Shown here one piece after another: positions 38,604-51,482 of a stretch of DNA of 64,000 nt. The DNA lies in contig NC_135815.1 of assembly GCF_964213995.1 (NCBI RefSeq), positions 1,612,001 to 1,676,000 on the forward strand, given 5' to 3'. This DNA is from Mustelus asterias. Lineage: Eukaryota. Position 1 is the first letter of the stretch, and each line of letters opens with the position of its first letter. Below the pieces are notes generated by a model, which saw nothing but the letters and a program-made list of their open reading frames with translations, searched no databases and had not been told where the DNA came from. Position numbers and translations under genes: made by a program.

Positions 38604-40030
38604 GCCCCGCCCTCACCCGGCCCCTGGGGAGGCCCGCCCACACACGGCCCCCAGGGAGTCCCGCCCTCACACGGCCCCCGGGGAGGCCCGCCCTCACACG
38701 GCCCCCGGGGAGGCCCGCCCTCACACGGCCCCGGGGGGGTCCCGCCCTCACATGGCCCCGGGGAGCCCCGCCCTCACACGGCCCCCGGGGAGGCCCGCCC
38801 TCACCAGGCCCCCGGGGAGCCCCGCCCTCACCAGGCCCCCGGGGAGCCCCGCCCTCGCACGGCCCCCGGGGAGGCCCGCCCTCACACGGCCCCGGGGAGC
38901 CCCGCCCTCGCACGGCCCCCGGGGAGCCCCGCCCTCGCACGGCCCCGGGGAGTCCCGCCCTCACACGGCCCCGGGGAGTCCCGCCCTCACCGGGCCCCCG
39001 GGGAGCCCCGCCCTCGCACAGCCCCCGGGGAGGCCCGCCCTCACCGGGCCCCCGGGGAGTCCCGCCCTCACCGGGCCCCCGGGGAGTCCCACCCTCACAC
39101 GGCCCCGGGGAGTCCCGCCCTCACACGGCCCCGGGGAGCCCCGCCCTCACACGGCCCCCGGGGAGGCCCGCCCTCACACGGCCTCGGGGGGGGTCCCGCC
39201 CTCACATGGCCCCGGGGAGCCCCGCCCTCACACGGCCCCCGGGGAGGCCCGCCCTCACACGGCCCCGGGGGGGTCCCGCCCTCACATGGCCCCGGGAAGT
39301 CCCGCCCTCACACGGCCCCGGGGGGGTCCCGCCCTCGCACGGCCCCCGGGGGGGTCCCGCCCTCGCACGGCCCCCGGGGGAGTCCCGCCCTCACCGGCCC
39401 CCGGGGGAGCGCCGCCCTCACACAGCTCCGTGGGAGCCCCGCCCTCACACAGCCCCCGGGGGAGCCCCGCCCTCACACAGCCCCCGGGGAGCCCCGCCCT
39501 CACACAGCCCCCGGGGAGCCCCGCCCTCATACGGCCCCGGGGGGGAGTCCCGCCCTCACACAGCCCCCGGGGGGGGGTCCCGCCCTCACACAGCCCCCGG
39601 GGGGGGGTCCCGCCCTCACACAGCCTCCGGGGGGGTCCCGCCCTCACACAGCCCCCGGGGGGGTCCCGCCCTCGCATGGCCCCCGGGGGGGTCCCGCCCT
39701 CACACAGCCCCCGGGGGGGTCCCGCCCTCACACGGCCCCCGGGGGGGTCCCGCCCTCACACGGCCCCCGGGGGGGTCCCGCCCTCACACGGCCCCCGGGG
39801 GGGTCCCGCCCTCACACGGCCCCCGGGGGGGTCCCGCCCTCACACGGCCCCCGGGGGGGTCCCGCCCTCACACGGCCCCCGGGGGGTCCCGCCCTCACAC
39901 GGCCCCCGGGGGGGTCCCGCCCTCACACAGCCCCCGGGGGGGTCCCGCCCTCACACGGCCCCCGGGGGGGTCCCGCCCTCACACAGCCCCCGGGGGGGTC
40001 CCGCCCTCACACGGCCCCCGGGGGGGTCCC
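38604..40030. repeat. GC-rich minisatellite, unit 28-30 bp (cccgccctcacacggcccccggggag/gggt), roughly 50 copies, inside Tx1 ORF1
   Basis: Visible tandem units; stop-free in three frames, giving spurious 529-753 aa ORFs. Confidence 0.95.
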
Positions 40031-43000
40031 GCCTGGGGGACTGCGGCAGCACGTGTTTCTTTTTATCGGTTTTCTTTTTCGTGCTCTTGCCCCCGTCCTG
40101 GGGGCGGGGCATGAAGACGGATGGGGGCGGGGCAGAGGATGGTATGAACTGGGAGAGGGGCGTGGGCTCCACAACCTCTAAGCTAGGGGGAGGGGGTGTG
40201 GGGAGTCCCACGGGTCTCAGATTCCCCCTCCCCCGGGGTGTAGTGCATCTTCTTGAGGGGCAGCTCCCTGGCAGGGGATGCCCCTCACACTCTGCCCCTC
40301 TCCTTCCTGCCCCGCCCCTTGGCTTTTCCCATCCCCTCCCTGGGAGGTGTGTCTATTGCCGGCTCGGGGTCGCATGCCCCCCCCTGCCCGGACCCGGGAA
40401 CCCACGCACCCGTGACTCCGGGCCCAGCACTGGGCGTTGAAGTGTCCTTGAGCTCGGTAGATGGTGTTGGAAGGGGGCCGAAGGTGGGTATTTTCCCCGA
40501 GCCGGCTGCCGGGGTGACTGGGGCAGTGGGGGTCGGGGTTCCATTCCTCCCCTTCTTTTTCACCTTCTTCCCTTGGGTCTTCTGGCCACGTAGAGGCTCC
40601 CCCCCCCCCCCCACTGGCAGTCAAGGTGGCAGCCGCTGCCGGTGTGGCCTCCCCTTGCGGGGGCCCAGGTGGTATTTGGTTAGGGGGAGAGGGGGCTGTG
40701 GTGCCAGCTGCGGCCGCCTTGGGTTGGGGGTCGGTGGCCTTGGATGTGGGGCAGTTTTTTTTAATATGCCCCGCCTCCTCACAGGCATGGCACCGCACGC
40801 CGTCCGCGGACCAGAAGACCCGGTAGGTGGTCCCCTGAAAGGCGATATTGAACCCCGCCTCGAGGCACTCCTCCCGGGCAAGGTGGGCATCGACCTGGCG
40901 CTGGAACGAGTACACGTGCCGGAGGGCTGGGTCACGAAGGCCGAGTGGGATCAGTGCCATCCCAGACCTGACCTCCCCCAGTAGATGGAGGTGGGGGAAG
41001 AGGAGCTCCACGGGGATGAAGGGCGGGACGTTCGAGATGACAATCCGATGGGCGGTGGCCTCCAGGGGGTCCACCGCCAGGAACGTCCCGCCCACCGTGA
41101 GCCCCTTTTCCAGGGTGAGGTGGACCGCCCGCTCGGCCTTCAGAAAGAATACGGCCTTCCCGTACATCTTTGAAGCCGTTACAATGGCTGAGGGGTCAAC
41201 AACCCCACCATTGTCCGAACGCAGGCCTCAATGGTCATGTCGGGGTGGGTGTAGCACTTGACCCCGAGTTGTTTGGTTATAAAGCTGAAAGGTGGCAGGG
41301 CCCTGGGAGTGGTGGGGGCTTTGGTGGGCCTGAATGGCCCTGCCATCGGTGATGCTGTCGCCATGATGTTAATCAAGTGGTGCTATGCCCACCCCGAGAC
41401 TGACCAGATATACGGCAGGGTGTATCCCTGGGGGGGCGGGGTGAGGGTCCTCTCTGGCCTTTATAATCAGGCGCAGAGAGAGGGGTAGAGAGGGAAGGGA
41501 TATGGGTGTGGTGGGGGCGGGGAGGGGTGCTGCCTCTGCCCAGGTATTGGTGGACAGAGAGGGAATGAGGGAGGGTGGGGGTCCAGGTATTCTCCCCCTG
41601 GTGTCAGAGAGGGAGAGAGGGGGACGGAGGAGCAGGAGGGAGGATGAGGGACAGGGCACTGAGGAGGGCCGGTGCCCCAGTCAGGAGGAGGGGGGGGGGG
41701 GGGGTGGTGTTGGGGGGGCAGCAGTGGGTGGGGGGACTTCCCTTCTTCAGCCCTCCTGGGCCAAGCAGTACAAAGTCCGGGGTGTCTTCACCCCCCCCAC
41801 CCTTGTTGATGGAAAATGATCTTGTATTCTTCCCCCCCCGCTCTCCTTCAGACACAGATTTGATGAATGGGGCACCAGCCCAGCCCTTTGATGTGATGTG
41901 TCCCGGTGTTCTGTGTTGTCCTCCCCTCTGCAGGTGGAAAAACCTCACTTTCTTCCTCCCTCTCCTCTCTCCTCCCAGGGAGAGAGCACCTTCCAGTGGC
42001 TGGGTGGACAGGCAGGTTGATGATTCGTCCTTCTGGTATAGTCCCTCTCATAACGTGAAAGGGACCCTTCTAATGGAAGGGGTGTCCGCTGCCACTCTGC
42101 CGGAGGTCAGTGGGGGGGAGGAGAAGGAGGAAGGGCCCGCGATTGGTCTGGGTGGCGGGAGGGGGTGGGGAGATAAGGGGGTCAGTAATGTTGTGGGGGG
42201 GGGGGGTGGGACAATGTCTGTGGGGGCCAGGGGGAGGCATTATCTGCTTCGGGAGGGATGAGGCAGGGGAACGGCATTCTATCATTTTTTCTTCTGCACA
42301 TGTGCAGTTGGAGACGCCGAGCGGAGCTGCTGGATTTCAGACACATTAAGCCCCGCCCACAGGCCTGTGCAGCGCGAATCGGAATCGCTGATATTGTTTC
42401 AGGCAGAGTGCGTAATGGTTCGCCTGAGAACGGGTGTAAAAGTCGGATCTGAAACACTCCCAGTTTCCAGTCTGCTCAGCACTTGGAATCAAAATGGTAA
42501 AATCGGGCCCCAAGTCTCAGTAACGATGACCATGGAACTATCATCGATTGTTGCAAAAACTCATCGGGTTCACTAATGTACTTGAGGGAAGGAAATCTGC
42601 CCTTATGTGGTCTGGCCTACACGTGACTTCAGACCCTCTGAAATGACTGAGAGGAACTCAGTTCAAGGGAAATTAGGGATAGGAAATAAATGCTGATCTT
42701 TGCAGAGGCGCCCAGATGAAACAGTCTGGATCAACTTTGTGCCGCTGCCAGTGGGAGGAATATTGTTTGTAATTTGATAGATAAGCTCTCGCACATACAC
42801 CGGCCATCCCCTTCAATCTCCCCCCACCCACAACCCTCTCCCGGAGACCTGTTAACCACTGGACCCTAAAAATGAAACGGTTTTCCCTGGGAATCGGGTG
42901 CAGGATTGTGGGTAAACAATGGATCATTGGAGATTGCAGGTGGTGATGGACTTTGGAATTGAGGATACAGTGTGAGCAGGCTGGAATTTGGACCATTGAT

Positions 43001-44922
43001 TCGCTCAGTTTAGAGATGCAGTCGTGGTGATGGGTTAGGGCAGCATTCTGGCAATACATAGAGTAAGAAGTCTCACAACATTCAGTTAAAGTCCAACAGG
43101 TTTATTTGGTAGCACAAGCCACAAGCTTTCAGAGCTCTGCTCCTTCATCAGGTGAGTGAGGAGTTGTGTTCTCAAACAGGGCATATACAGACCCAAACTC
43201 AATTTACAAGATAATGGTTGGAATGCGAGTCTTTACAGGTGATCAAGTCTTAAAGGTGCAGACAATGTGAGTGGAGAGAGGGTTAAGCACAGGTTAAAGA
43301 GATGTGTGTTGTCTCCAGCCAGGACAGTTAGTGAGATTTTGCAAGCCCAGGCAAGTCGTGGCGGTAACAGATAGTGTGACATGAACCCAAGATCCCGGTT
43401 GAGGCCGTCCTCGTGTGTGCGGGACTTGGCTATCAGTTTCTGCTCAGTGATTCCCCGTTGTCATGTGTCGTGAAGGCCGCCTTGGAGAATATAGAGACCA
43501 GGACAAGTTGTGCGCAGCGCCCCTTTACCACCTTCTCCTGTCAGGAAATGACATTAATATTGGACATTCCATTCACTTTACACCCATGTATGTGTTGTGT
43601 ATTCTGGTTCTCTCAATTATTCAGCAGTTACTGTCTCAGGTATTTTAAACTTGTGGCACCCACAAACTATTGGTGCCGTAGAGTGAACACAGGGAACTGA
43701 ACAGGATGCCTCAGCAGTGTAAATACTGAGTGTTAAAAGTGTCCTCTTTATACAAAGAACAAAGAACAATACAGCACAGGAACAGGCCCTTCGGCCCTCC
43801 AAGCCCACGCCGTTCCCTGGTCCCAACTAGACCATTCTTTTGTATCCCTCCATTCCCACTCCGTTCATGTGGCTATCTAGATAAGTCTTAAACGTTCCCA
43901 GTGTGTCCGCCTCCACCACCTTGCCCGGCAGCGCATTCCAGGCCCCCACCACCCTCTGTGTAAAATACGTCCTTCTGATATCCGTGTTAAACCTCCCCCC
44001 ACCTCACCTTGAACCTATGACCCCTCGTGAATGTCACCACCGACCTGGGAAAAAGCTTCCCACCGTTCACCCTATCTATGCCTTTCATAATTTTATACAC
44101 CTCTATTAGGTCACCCCTCATCCTCCGTCTTACCAGTGAGAACAACCCCAGTTTACCCAATCTCTCCTCATAACTAAGCCCTTCCATACCAGGCAACATC
44201 CTGGTAAACCTCCTCTGCACTCTCTCTAAAGCCTCCACATCCTTCTGGTAGTGTGGCGACCAGAACTGGGCGCAGTATTCCAAATGCGGCCGAACCAACG
44301 TTCTATACAACTGCAACATCAGACCCCAACTTTTATACTCTATGCCCCGTCCTATAAAGGCAAGCATGCCATATGCCTTCTTCACTCCCTTCTCCACCTG
44401 TGACGTCACTTTCAAGGATCTGTGGACTTGCACACCCAGGTCCCTCTGCGTATCTACACCCTTTATGGTTCTGCCATTTATCGTATAGCTCCCCCTTACG
44501 CTAGTTCTACCAAAATGCATCACTTCGCATTTATCTGGATTGAACTCCATCTGCCATTTCTTTGCCCAAATTTCCAGCCTATCTATATCCTCCTGTAGCC
44601 TCTGACAATGTTCCTCACTATCTGCAAGTCCAGCCATTTTCGTGTCGTCCGCAAACTTACTGATCACCCCAGTTACACCTTCTTCCAGATCGTTTATATA
44701 AATCACAAACAGCAGAGGTCCCAATACAGAGCCCTGCGGAACACCACTAGTCACAGGCATCCAGCCGGAAAAAGACCCTTCCACTACCACCCTCTGTCTT
44801 CTGTGACCAAGCCAGTTCTCCACCCATCTAGCCACCTCTCCCTTTATCCCATGAGATCCAACCTTTTGCACCAACCTACCATGAGGGACTTTGTCAAACG
44901 CTTTACTAAAGCCCATATAGAC
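39740..44922. repeat. Block B' (inverted partner of 3478-8695); left edge approximate, inside the minisatellite
   Basis: As for block B. Confidence 0.85.
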
Positions 44923-47615
44923 TGTGTATATGACATCAACAAATCCATATACATGGATTTGTTGATGTCATATACATGGATTTTAGTAAGGCGTTTGATA
45001 AGGTCCCCCATGGTCGGCTTATGATGAAAGTGAGGAGGTGTGGGATAGAGGGAAAGTTGGCCGATTGGATAGGTAACTGGCTGTCTGATCGAAGACAGAG
45101 GGTGGTGGTGGATGGAAAATTTTTGAATTGGAGGCAGGTTGCTAGCGGAGTGCCACAGGGATCAGTGCTTGGTCCTCTGCTCTTTGTGATTTTTATTAAT
45201 GACTTAGAGGAGGGGGCTGAAGGGTGGATCAGTAAATTTGCTGATGACACCAAGATTGGTGGAGTAGTGGGTGAGGTGGAGGGCTGTTGTAGGCTGCAAA
45301 GAGACATAGATAGGATGCAAAGCTGGGCTGAAAAATGGCAAATGGAGTTTAACCCTGATAAATGTGAGGTGATTCATTTTGGTAGGACTAATTTAAATGT
45401 GGATCACAGGGTTAAAGGTAGGGTTCTGAAGACTGTGGAGGAACAGCGAGACCTTGGGGTCCATATCCACAGATCTCTAAAGGTTGCCACTCAAGCGGAT
45501 AGAGCTGTGAAGAAGGTCTATAGTGTGTTAGCTTTTATTAACAGGGGGTTGGAGTTTAAGAGCCGTGGGGTTATGCTGCAACTGTACAGGACCTTGGTGA
45601 GACCACATTTGGAATATTGTGTGCAGTTCTGGTCACCTCACTATAAGAAGGATGTGGAAGCGCTGGAACGAGTGCAGAGGAGATTTACCAGGATGCTGCC
45701 TGGTTTGGAGGGTAGGTCTTATGAGGAAAGGTTGAGGGAGCTAGGGCTGTTCTCTCTGGAGCGGAGGAGGCTGAGGGGAGACTTAATAAAGGTTTATAAA
45801 ATGATGAAGGGGATAGATAGAGTGAACGTTCAAAGACTATTTCCTCGGGTGGATGGAGCTATTACAAGGGGGCATAACTATAGGGTTCGTGGTGGGAGAG
45901 ATAGGAAGGATATCAGAGGTAGGTTCTTTACGCAGAGAGTGGTTGGGGTGTGGAATGGACTGCCTGCAGTGATAGTGGAGTCAGACACTTTAGGAACATT
46001 TAAGCGGTTATTGGATAGGCACATGGAGCACACCAGGATGATAGGGAGTGGCATAGCTTGATCTTGGTTTCAGATAAAGCTCGGCACAACATCGTGGACC
46101 GAAGGGCCTGTTCTGTGCTGTACTGTCCTATGTTCTATGTTCTATGCACGGCCCTTCCCCCGTCAACCATTCTCGTCACTTCTTCAAAAAACTCCACCAG
46201 ATTAGTGAGGCATGACCTCCCTCTCACAAAACCATGCTGACTATCGTTAATGAGTTTATTCCTTTCTAAATGCGCATACATCCTATCTCTAAGAATCCTC
46301 TCCAACAACTTCCCTACCACGGACGTCAAGCTCACCGACCTATAATTTCCCGGGTTATCCTTCCTATCCTTCTTAAATAACGGGACCACATTAGCTATCC
46401 TCCAATCCTCTGGGACCTCACCTGTGTCCAGTGATGAGACAAAGATTTGCGTCAGAGGCCCAATGATTTCATCTCTCGTCTCCCTGAGCAGCCGTGGATA
46501 GATTCCATCGGGCCCTGGGGATTTGTCAGTCTTTATATCCCCTAAAAACCTAACACTTCCTCCCTTATCATGGAGATTTTCTCTAACGGGTCAACACTCC
46601 CCTCCGAGACACTCCCAGTCAACACATCCCTCTCCTTTGTGAATACCGACGCAAAGTATTCATGTAGGATCTCCCCTACTTCTTTGGGCTCTAAGCATAA
46701 TTCCCCACTTTTGTCCCTGAGAGGTCCGATTTTTTCCCTGACAACCCTTTTGTTCCTAACGTATGAATAAAATGCCTTGGGATTCTCCTTAATCCTGTCT
46801 GCCAAGGACATTTCGTGACCCCTTTTTGCCCTTCTAATTCCTCGTTTGAGTTCTTTCCTACTTTCTTTGTATTCCTCCAGAGCTCCCTCCGTTTTTAGCT
46901 GCCTGGACCTAATGTACGCCACTCTTTTCTTTTTGACCAATCCCTCAATTTCCCTGGTTATCCACGGTTCTCGAATCCTACCCTTCCTATCCTTCTTTTT
47001 TACAGGCACATGCCTGTCCTGCAGCCCGAACAACTGTTCCTTAAAAGACTCCCACATGCCAGATGTGGATTTACCCTCAAACAGCCTCTCCCAATCAACA
47101 GATGCCAATTTCTGCCTAATCCCACTAAAGTTAGCCTTCCCCCAATCCAACACCTTACCCTTGGGACACCATTCATCCTTTTCCATCACTATCCTAAAGC
47201 TAACAGAATTGTGGTCACTATTTGCCACATGTTCCCTTACCGAAACTTTGAAGACCTGACCGGGCTCATTCCCCAGTACTAGGTCCAGTATAGCCCCCTC
47301 TCTAGTCGGGCTATCTACATATTGTTCCAAAGAACCTTCCTGTACGCATTTTACAAATTCCTCCCCATTCAGACTCCCAGCCCTACGCGATTTCCAGTCT
47401 ATACCAGGGAACTTGAAGTCTCCCACGACAACAACCCTATTTTTCCTGCACCTATCCATTATCTCCTGACATATCCGTTCTTCCACTTCCCTTGGGCTGT
47501 TGGAGGCCTGTAGTATACCCCCAACATAGTGACTGCGCCCTTCCTGTTTCTGAGCTCCACCCACAGTGACTCTTTACACGACCCCTCTGAATTGTCCTCC
47601 CTCTGCACCGCTGTA
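43752..47615 (-). mobile_element. CR1 LINE with 3' tail, interrupted at 44923-46144 by an antisense CR1
   Basis: ORFs 46542..47564, 46135..46389 and 43987..44916 (-); insert ORF 44976..46061 (+). Confidence 0.9.
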
Positions 47616-47659
47616 ACTCCTGGATAGTTAGTGGGGTTTACTCAAACATACCTGAACTG

Positions 47660-47695
47660 TCACCGTGAAGCAGCTTTACTTCGGGGAGACACATT
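47660..47695 (-). CDS. Cytoplasmic exon 3 with stop codon (predicted)
   Basis: Acceptor ttttttctctctttgttcataAG after a 98-nt intron. Reads NVSPRSKAASR*, completing YMNV across the junction. A donor-like cag|GTATGT lies 8 nt after the stop (47651). Confidence 0.65.
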   Translation of the reverse strand, partial: NVSPRSKAASR

Positions 47696-47793
47696 CTTAT
47701 GAACAAAGAGAGAAAAAAACCATTAATGAACATTTTGACACTAGATTTTTGCTTGGAATGATTTTAGATGATTCTGAGATGCAAGTTTGTTAC

Positions 47794-47835
47794 CATATAA
47801 ATCTGATTAGCATCAACCTGGAGATGACCTGATTT
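47794..47835 (-). CDS. Cytoplasmic exon 2 (predicted)
   Basis: Acceptor catttcattttgttacAG and donor GTAACA, 42 nt, phase 0/0. Reads KSGHLQVDANQIYM; phase matches cytoplasmic exon 1. Confidence 0.7.
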
Positions 47836-48079
47836 CTGTAACAAAATGAAATGGTAAAAATTAGTGAAGGAATGCAAAGAGATCGGATTCAGCGATACAC
47901 GGGCAATGTCAGATTGTGAAACAGGATAACTGGATCCAGCCAAATCTCTCCAGCACATTATGATGCCACACACACGGCAAACTTTGCTGGTTTAGCATCC
48001 TGCTAATCATTCAGGAGAATTAGAATCTATTTTTCACTTGGCTTGGGATTGCACTGAAGGGCTGTGTCTGAAAGACACT

Positions 48080-48205
48080 GGGCACAATTGTACAGCCTCA
48101 CTCATCCTGAAATTGTAACATCCCGCCCGAGGTCAGCGGACTTTCTATGGTCCGTGCCTCGCTCGCTCCGATTCCCGTGGCGGGCAGGGCGGTAAAATTC
48201 CAGCC
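48080..48205. mobile_element. Short MITE-like element
   Basis: Right end ggtaaaattccagcc resembles the terminus of the 52141 MITE; left end degenerate. Confidence 0.4.
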
Positions 48206-48459
48206 ACTAAAACCAGTTCAGAGAAGAGAGATAGAGGCACCAGAGAATGTGCAAAAAAACTATTGACCAGGACTGAAATGTTATAGATATCAAAGCTCAG
48301 GGATATAATCACTAATAAACCCAACTGGAAATTCAGGGAAACTTCTTTACCCAAAGAATGGTGAGAATGTGGAACTTGTGGCCCCAAGGACTTCTGGAGG
48401 TGAATATTGTCAATGTGTTTAAGGGGACATTGGTAAGCACATGAGGAAGAGAGAGATGT

Positions 48460-49172
48460 ATTAAGAGTATTGATAGGCAGAGGGATCTGGGTGTACAGAT
48501 ACACAGGTCACTGAAAGTGGCAATGCAGGTGGAGAAGGGAGTCAAGAAGGGATGCTTGCCTTCATCAGCAGGGGCATTGAGTTCAAAAATTGGCAAGTCA
48601 TGTTGCAGCTTTATAGAGCTTTAGCACTTGGAATATAGTGTTCAATTCTGGTCGCCACACTACCAGAAGGATGTGGAGGCTTTGGAGAGGTTACAGAAAA
48701 GATTTACCAGGATGTTGTCTGGTATGGAGGGCATTAGCTATGAGGAGAGGTTGGAGATACTTGGTTTGTTCTCACTGGAACGATGGAGGTTGAGGGGTGA
48801 CCTGATAGAAGTCTACAAGATTATGAGAGGCATGGACAGAGTGGATAGTCAGAAGTTTTTTCCCAGGGTGGAAGAGTCAATTACTAGGGGACAGAGGTTT
48901 AAGGTGTGAGGGGCAAGGTTTAAAGGAGATGTACGAGGCAGATTTTTTACACAGAGAGTAGTGGGTGTCTGGAACTCGCTGCCAGGGGAGGTAGTGGAAG
49001 CGGATACGATAGTGAGTTTTAAGGGGCGAGTTGACAAATACATGAATAGGATGGGAATGGAGGGATATGGTCCCCGGAAGGGTAGGGGGTTTTAGTTAAG
49101 TCGGGCAGCATGGTCGGTGCAGGCTTGGAGGGTCGAAGGGCCTGTTCCTGTGCTGTAATTTTCTTTGTTCTT
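48460..49172 (+). mobile_element. CR1 3' fragment
   Basis: EYSVQFWSPHYQKDVEALER...RLRGDLIEVYKI, followed by a CR1 tail. Confidence 0.85.
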
Positions 49173-50707
49173 ATGTGTTGATGAAGTAAGATGAAAAGAG
49201 GGTAGAGGAAGTGCATGTAGAACATGAATGTTGCTATCACTTTTTGGGGACTATGACCCTCCACGGATCTGATTTATGTCTTTGGGTCAGGTTCGTAGAT
49301 CCAAACATTTCCCAGCTTGACAAAACCAACCTTTACAAATGACCTCCCATAGGTCAGAGTTTTGTGGAAATGTGGGGTGGGGGTGGGGGTGGGGGGCAGG
49401 TGGAGGGGGGGGAATGTGTGGACAGGTTACCGCGTGCAGTGGAGAGCTGGGTACTCAGCCTCCCTCCCTGCTCTGGCACAGTTTAGTTTAGGTTATTTAT
49501 TAGTGTCGCAAGTCGGCTTACATTAACACTGCAATTAAGTTACTGTGAAAATCCCTCAGTCGCCACACTCCGACACTTGTTTGAAGGGAGACACTGAGGG
49601 AGAATTTAGCATGACTCATGCACAGTGTCCAAATAACAGAAATTAATCAAACAAACATCCCTCTAGCCCATACACACCCCTCACCCCTAAACACTCCCTA
49701 CCACAAACCATGCCCTCCACCCACCCACACCCCCATGTCCCCTCTTACATTTATGCCAACTTAGTTCCAACTGATGACAACTTATGCCCCTAACCAACAG
49801 CCTTTGCACTTAGCCCCTCCATGCCAACTCACATTGTATCCTTGGATAGTTCCTTCAAGGGTTTGACACTTCCTGGGTAGCACTGGTAGGTTTGATAGCT
49901 GGACAGTTCCTTGACAGCTGGGAAGCTCCTTGACAGTTCCAATGAGTTTGTGCATTAAAAGAGCATAACCATATTCACTCTTAACAAATCTAAATGGTGC
50001 CATACCTCTCCCAAAGGTGTCCCGGGACCCTATACAAAGGGGTTTCCGGCTATCCAAATTAATCCACAAAGTTTAGGCCTCCTCTAACCTGTGCTAATCT
50101 GCACACTCCCGATTCGACACTGCAGTTCTTCCAAAATCCCATTTCCGTGGAGGTAGCTGGTGATTTAAATGACTCACTGCCTCTGTGTGAACCCGGCCCC
50201 ACTCCAGTCCCACCACGCTTGGGAAATGCTGGGTTTGGGGGCTGGATTTATCACCATTTCCAGGATTTTCACCAGGCCAGCTAGCCTCTCCACCGTGGCA
50301 AGAATCTGGTCCTAAACAAGGACAGAACTTTAAAAACATTGGGTGGAATTTAATGTCCATCTCCGAGGCATGTGTGAAGACCAAGAAGCAAACGCTGCAG
50401 GCTCCAGATGGTGCCCCTTTCTCAAAGACACTACGTGCCTGCTGGAGAAAGGTGGCAGAGGAGGAGAGGGCTGTCTGACAACCACCTTCTGCCCCGAGGC
50501 TGGGGATTGGTGGAAAAGGCAGTTTGCCTGACACTCAAACATCATCCAATTGGGTAATGAGTCTGTTTACTTTCCAATTGGAGTAGGCACAAGGTTAGAT
50601 GTGTTGGCTGATTGACCGGAGCAACTGGTGTGAAGAGGTTTGCAGGAATCTAATTACAGCTGGGAATCCTCTTGGGACGGCCGAGATCACTCCTTTTGGC
50701 CTCATTT

Positions 50708-50985
50708 GGGGCGGCACGGTGGCACAGTGGTTAGCACTGCTGCCTCACAGCGCCAGGGGCCCGGGTTCGATACCTGGCTTGGGTCACTGTCTGTGCGGAG
50801 TCTGCACATTCTCCCCGTGTCTGTGTGGGTTTCCTCCGGGTGCTCCGATTTCCTCCCACAGTCTGAAAGATGTGCTGGTTAGGGTGCATTGACCCGAACA
50901 GGCGCCAGAGTGTGGCGACTAGGGGAATTTCACAGTAACTTCATTGCAGTGTTAATAATAAATGTGACTAATAATAAATAAACTT
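50708..50985 (+). mobile_element. tRNA-derived SINE (HE1/V-SINE type), full head
   Basis: Pol III A box tggcacagtgg, B box gggttcgatacc, core gtgggtttcctccgggtgctcc, A-rich tail. Confidence 0.85.
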
Positions 50986-51226
50986 TAAAACATTCACACT
51001 GCCATCGCAGTCTGTGCCCTTTCAAAATCCTGGCACAACCCTGTCCACTGGTTGGCATCGACGAGTGTAAAGGTGGTCAGAGAGCGGGAAGAGCCGCTCC
51101 TCGTGCTTTCCCCCTCACCTCCAAACCCAGGAAATAGGCATTATTGGGGGGAGGTCAAAGGGCAATGAAATCTCTTCAATCCTGAATCAAGAGGAACAGA
51201 CGGTGGGGAATGTGGCGGTCACTTAC

Positions 51227-51288
51227 CCCCGTGCACTGTAAACGAGGGATATTTTCATAGTCTGGACCCGAGGTCTGTAGAGAGGAGG
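51227..51288 (-). CDS. Cytoplasmic exon 1 (YENI motif)
   Basis: Acceptor tgtcttttgcAG and donor GTAAGT, 62 nt, phase 1/0. Reads (S)SSLQTSGPDYENIPRLQCTG in frame with the TM exon. Confidence 0.85.
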
Positions 51289-51482
51289 CTGCAAAAGACA
51301 AGATTGAGGGGATCAATACTCAGATTATTCTTATAACTGACGCAGCAGAAGAGTAACAATGCGATAGGAATCAATGTTCCAATCTTCAAACATCTATTTC
51401 TGGTGTTTAATCTAACCACACTCGCTCAGACCACATTATTTCAGGTTAATATCATTTCTCTGAAATATTTTTTTGAACCTAC

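Larger units (their letters stand above)
32778..42082 (-). mobile_element. Near full-length, degenerate Tx1-clade non-LTR retrotransposon (ORF1 about 41360-38000; ORF2 about 37850-32900)
   Basis: ORF1 CCHC knuckle CHACEEAGHIKKNC. ORF2 has IASLNVNG/FLQET, GGDFNC and DHH (endonuclease), then KAPGLDGLTVEFF, WRPVSLL, GVRQGCPLS and AYADDV (RT), and a C-terminal CPFCG...DHVY. Ends approximate. Confidence 0.88.
44150..47934. repeat. Block D' (direct partner of 8696-12480)
   Basis: As for block D. Confidence 0.95.

Noticed and set aside
38179-40440. Long ORFs of 753, 598 and 529 aa
   Set aside because: Stop-free GC-rich minisatellite read in three frames; no protein signature.
50708-50780. tRNA gene
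   Set aside because: The A and B boxes belong to the head of a SINE that continues into the SINE core and tail.
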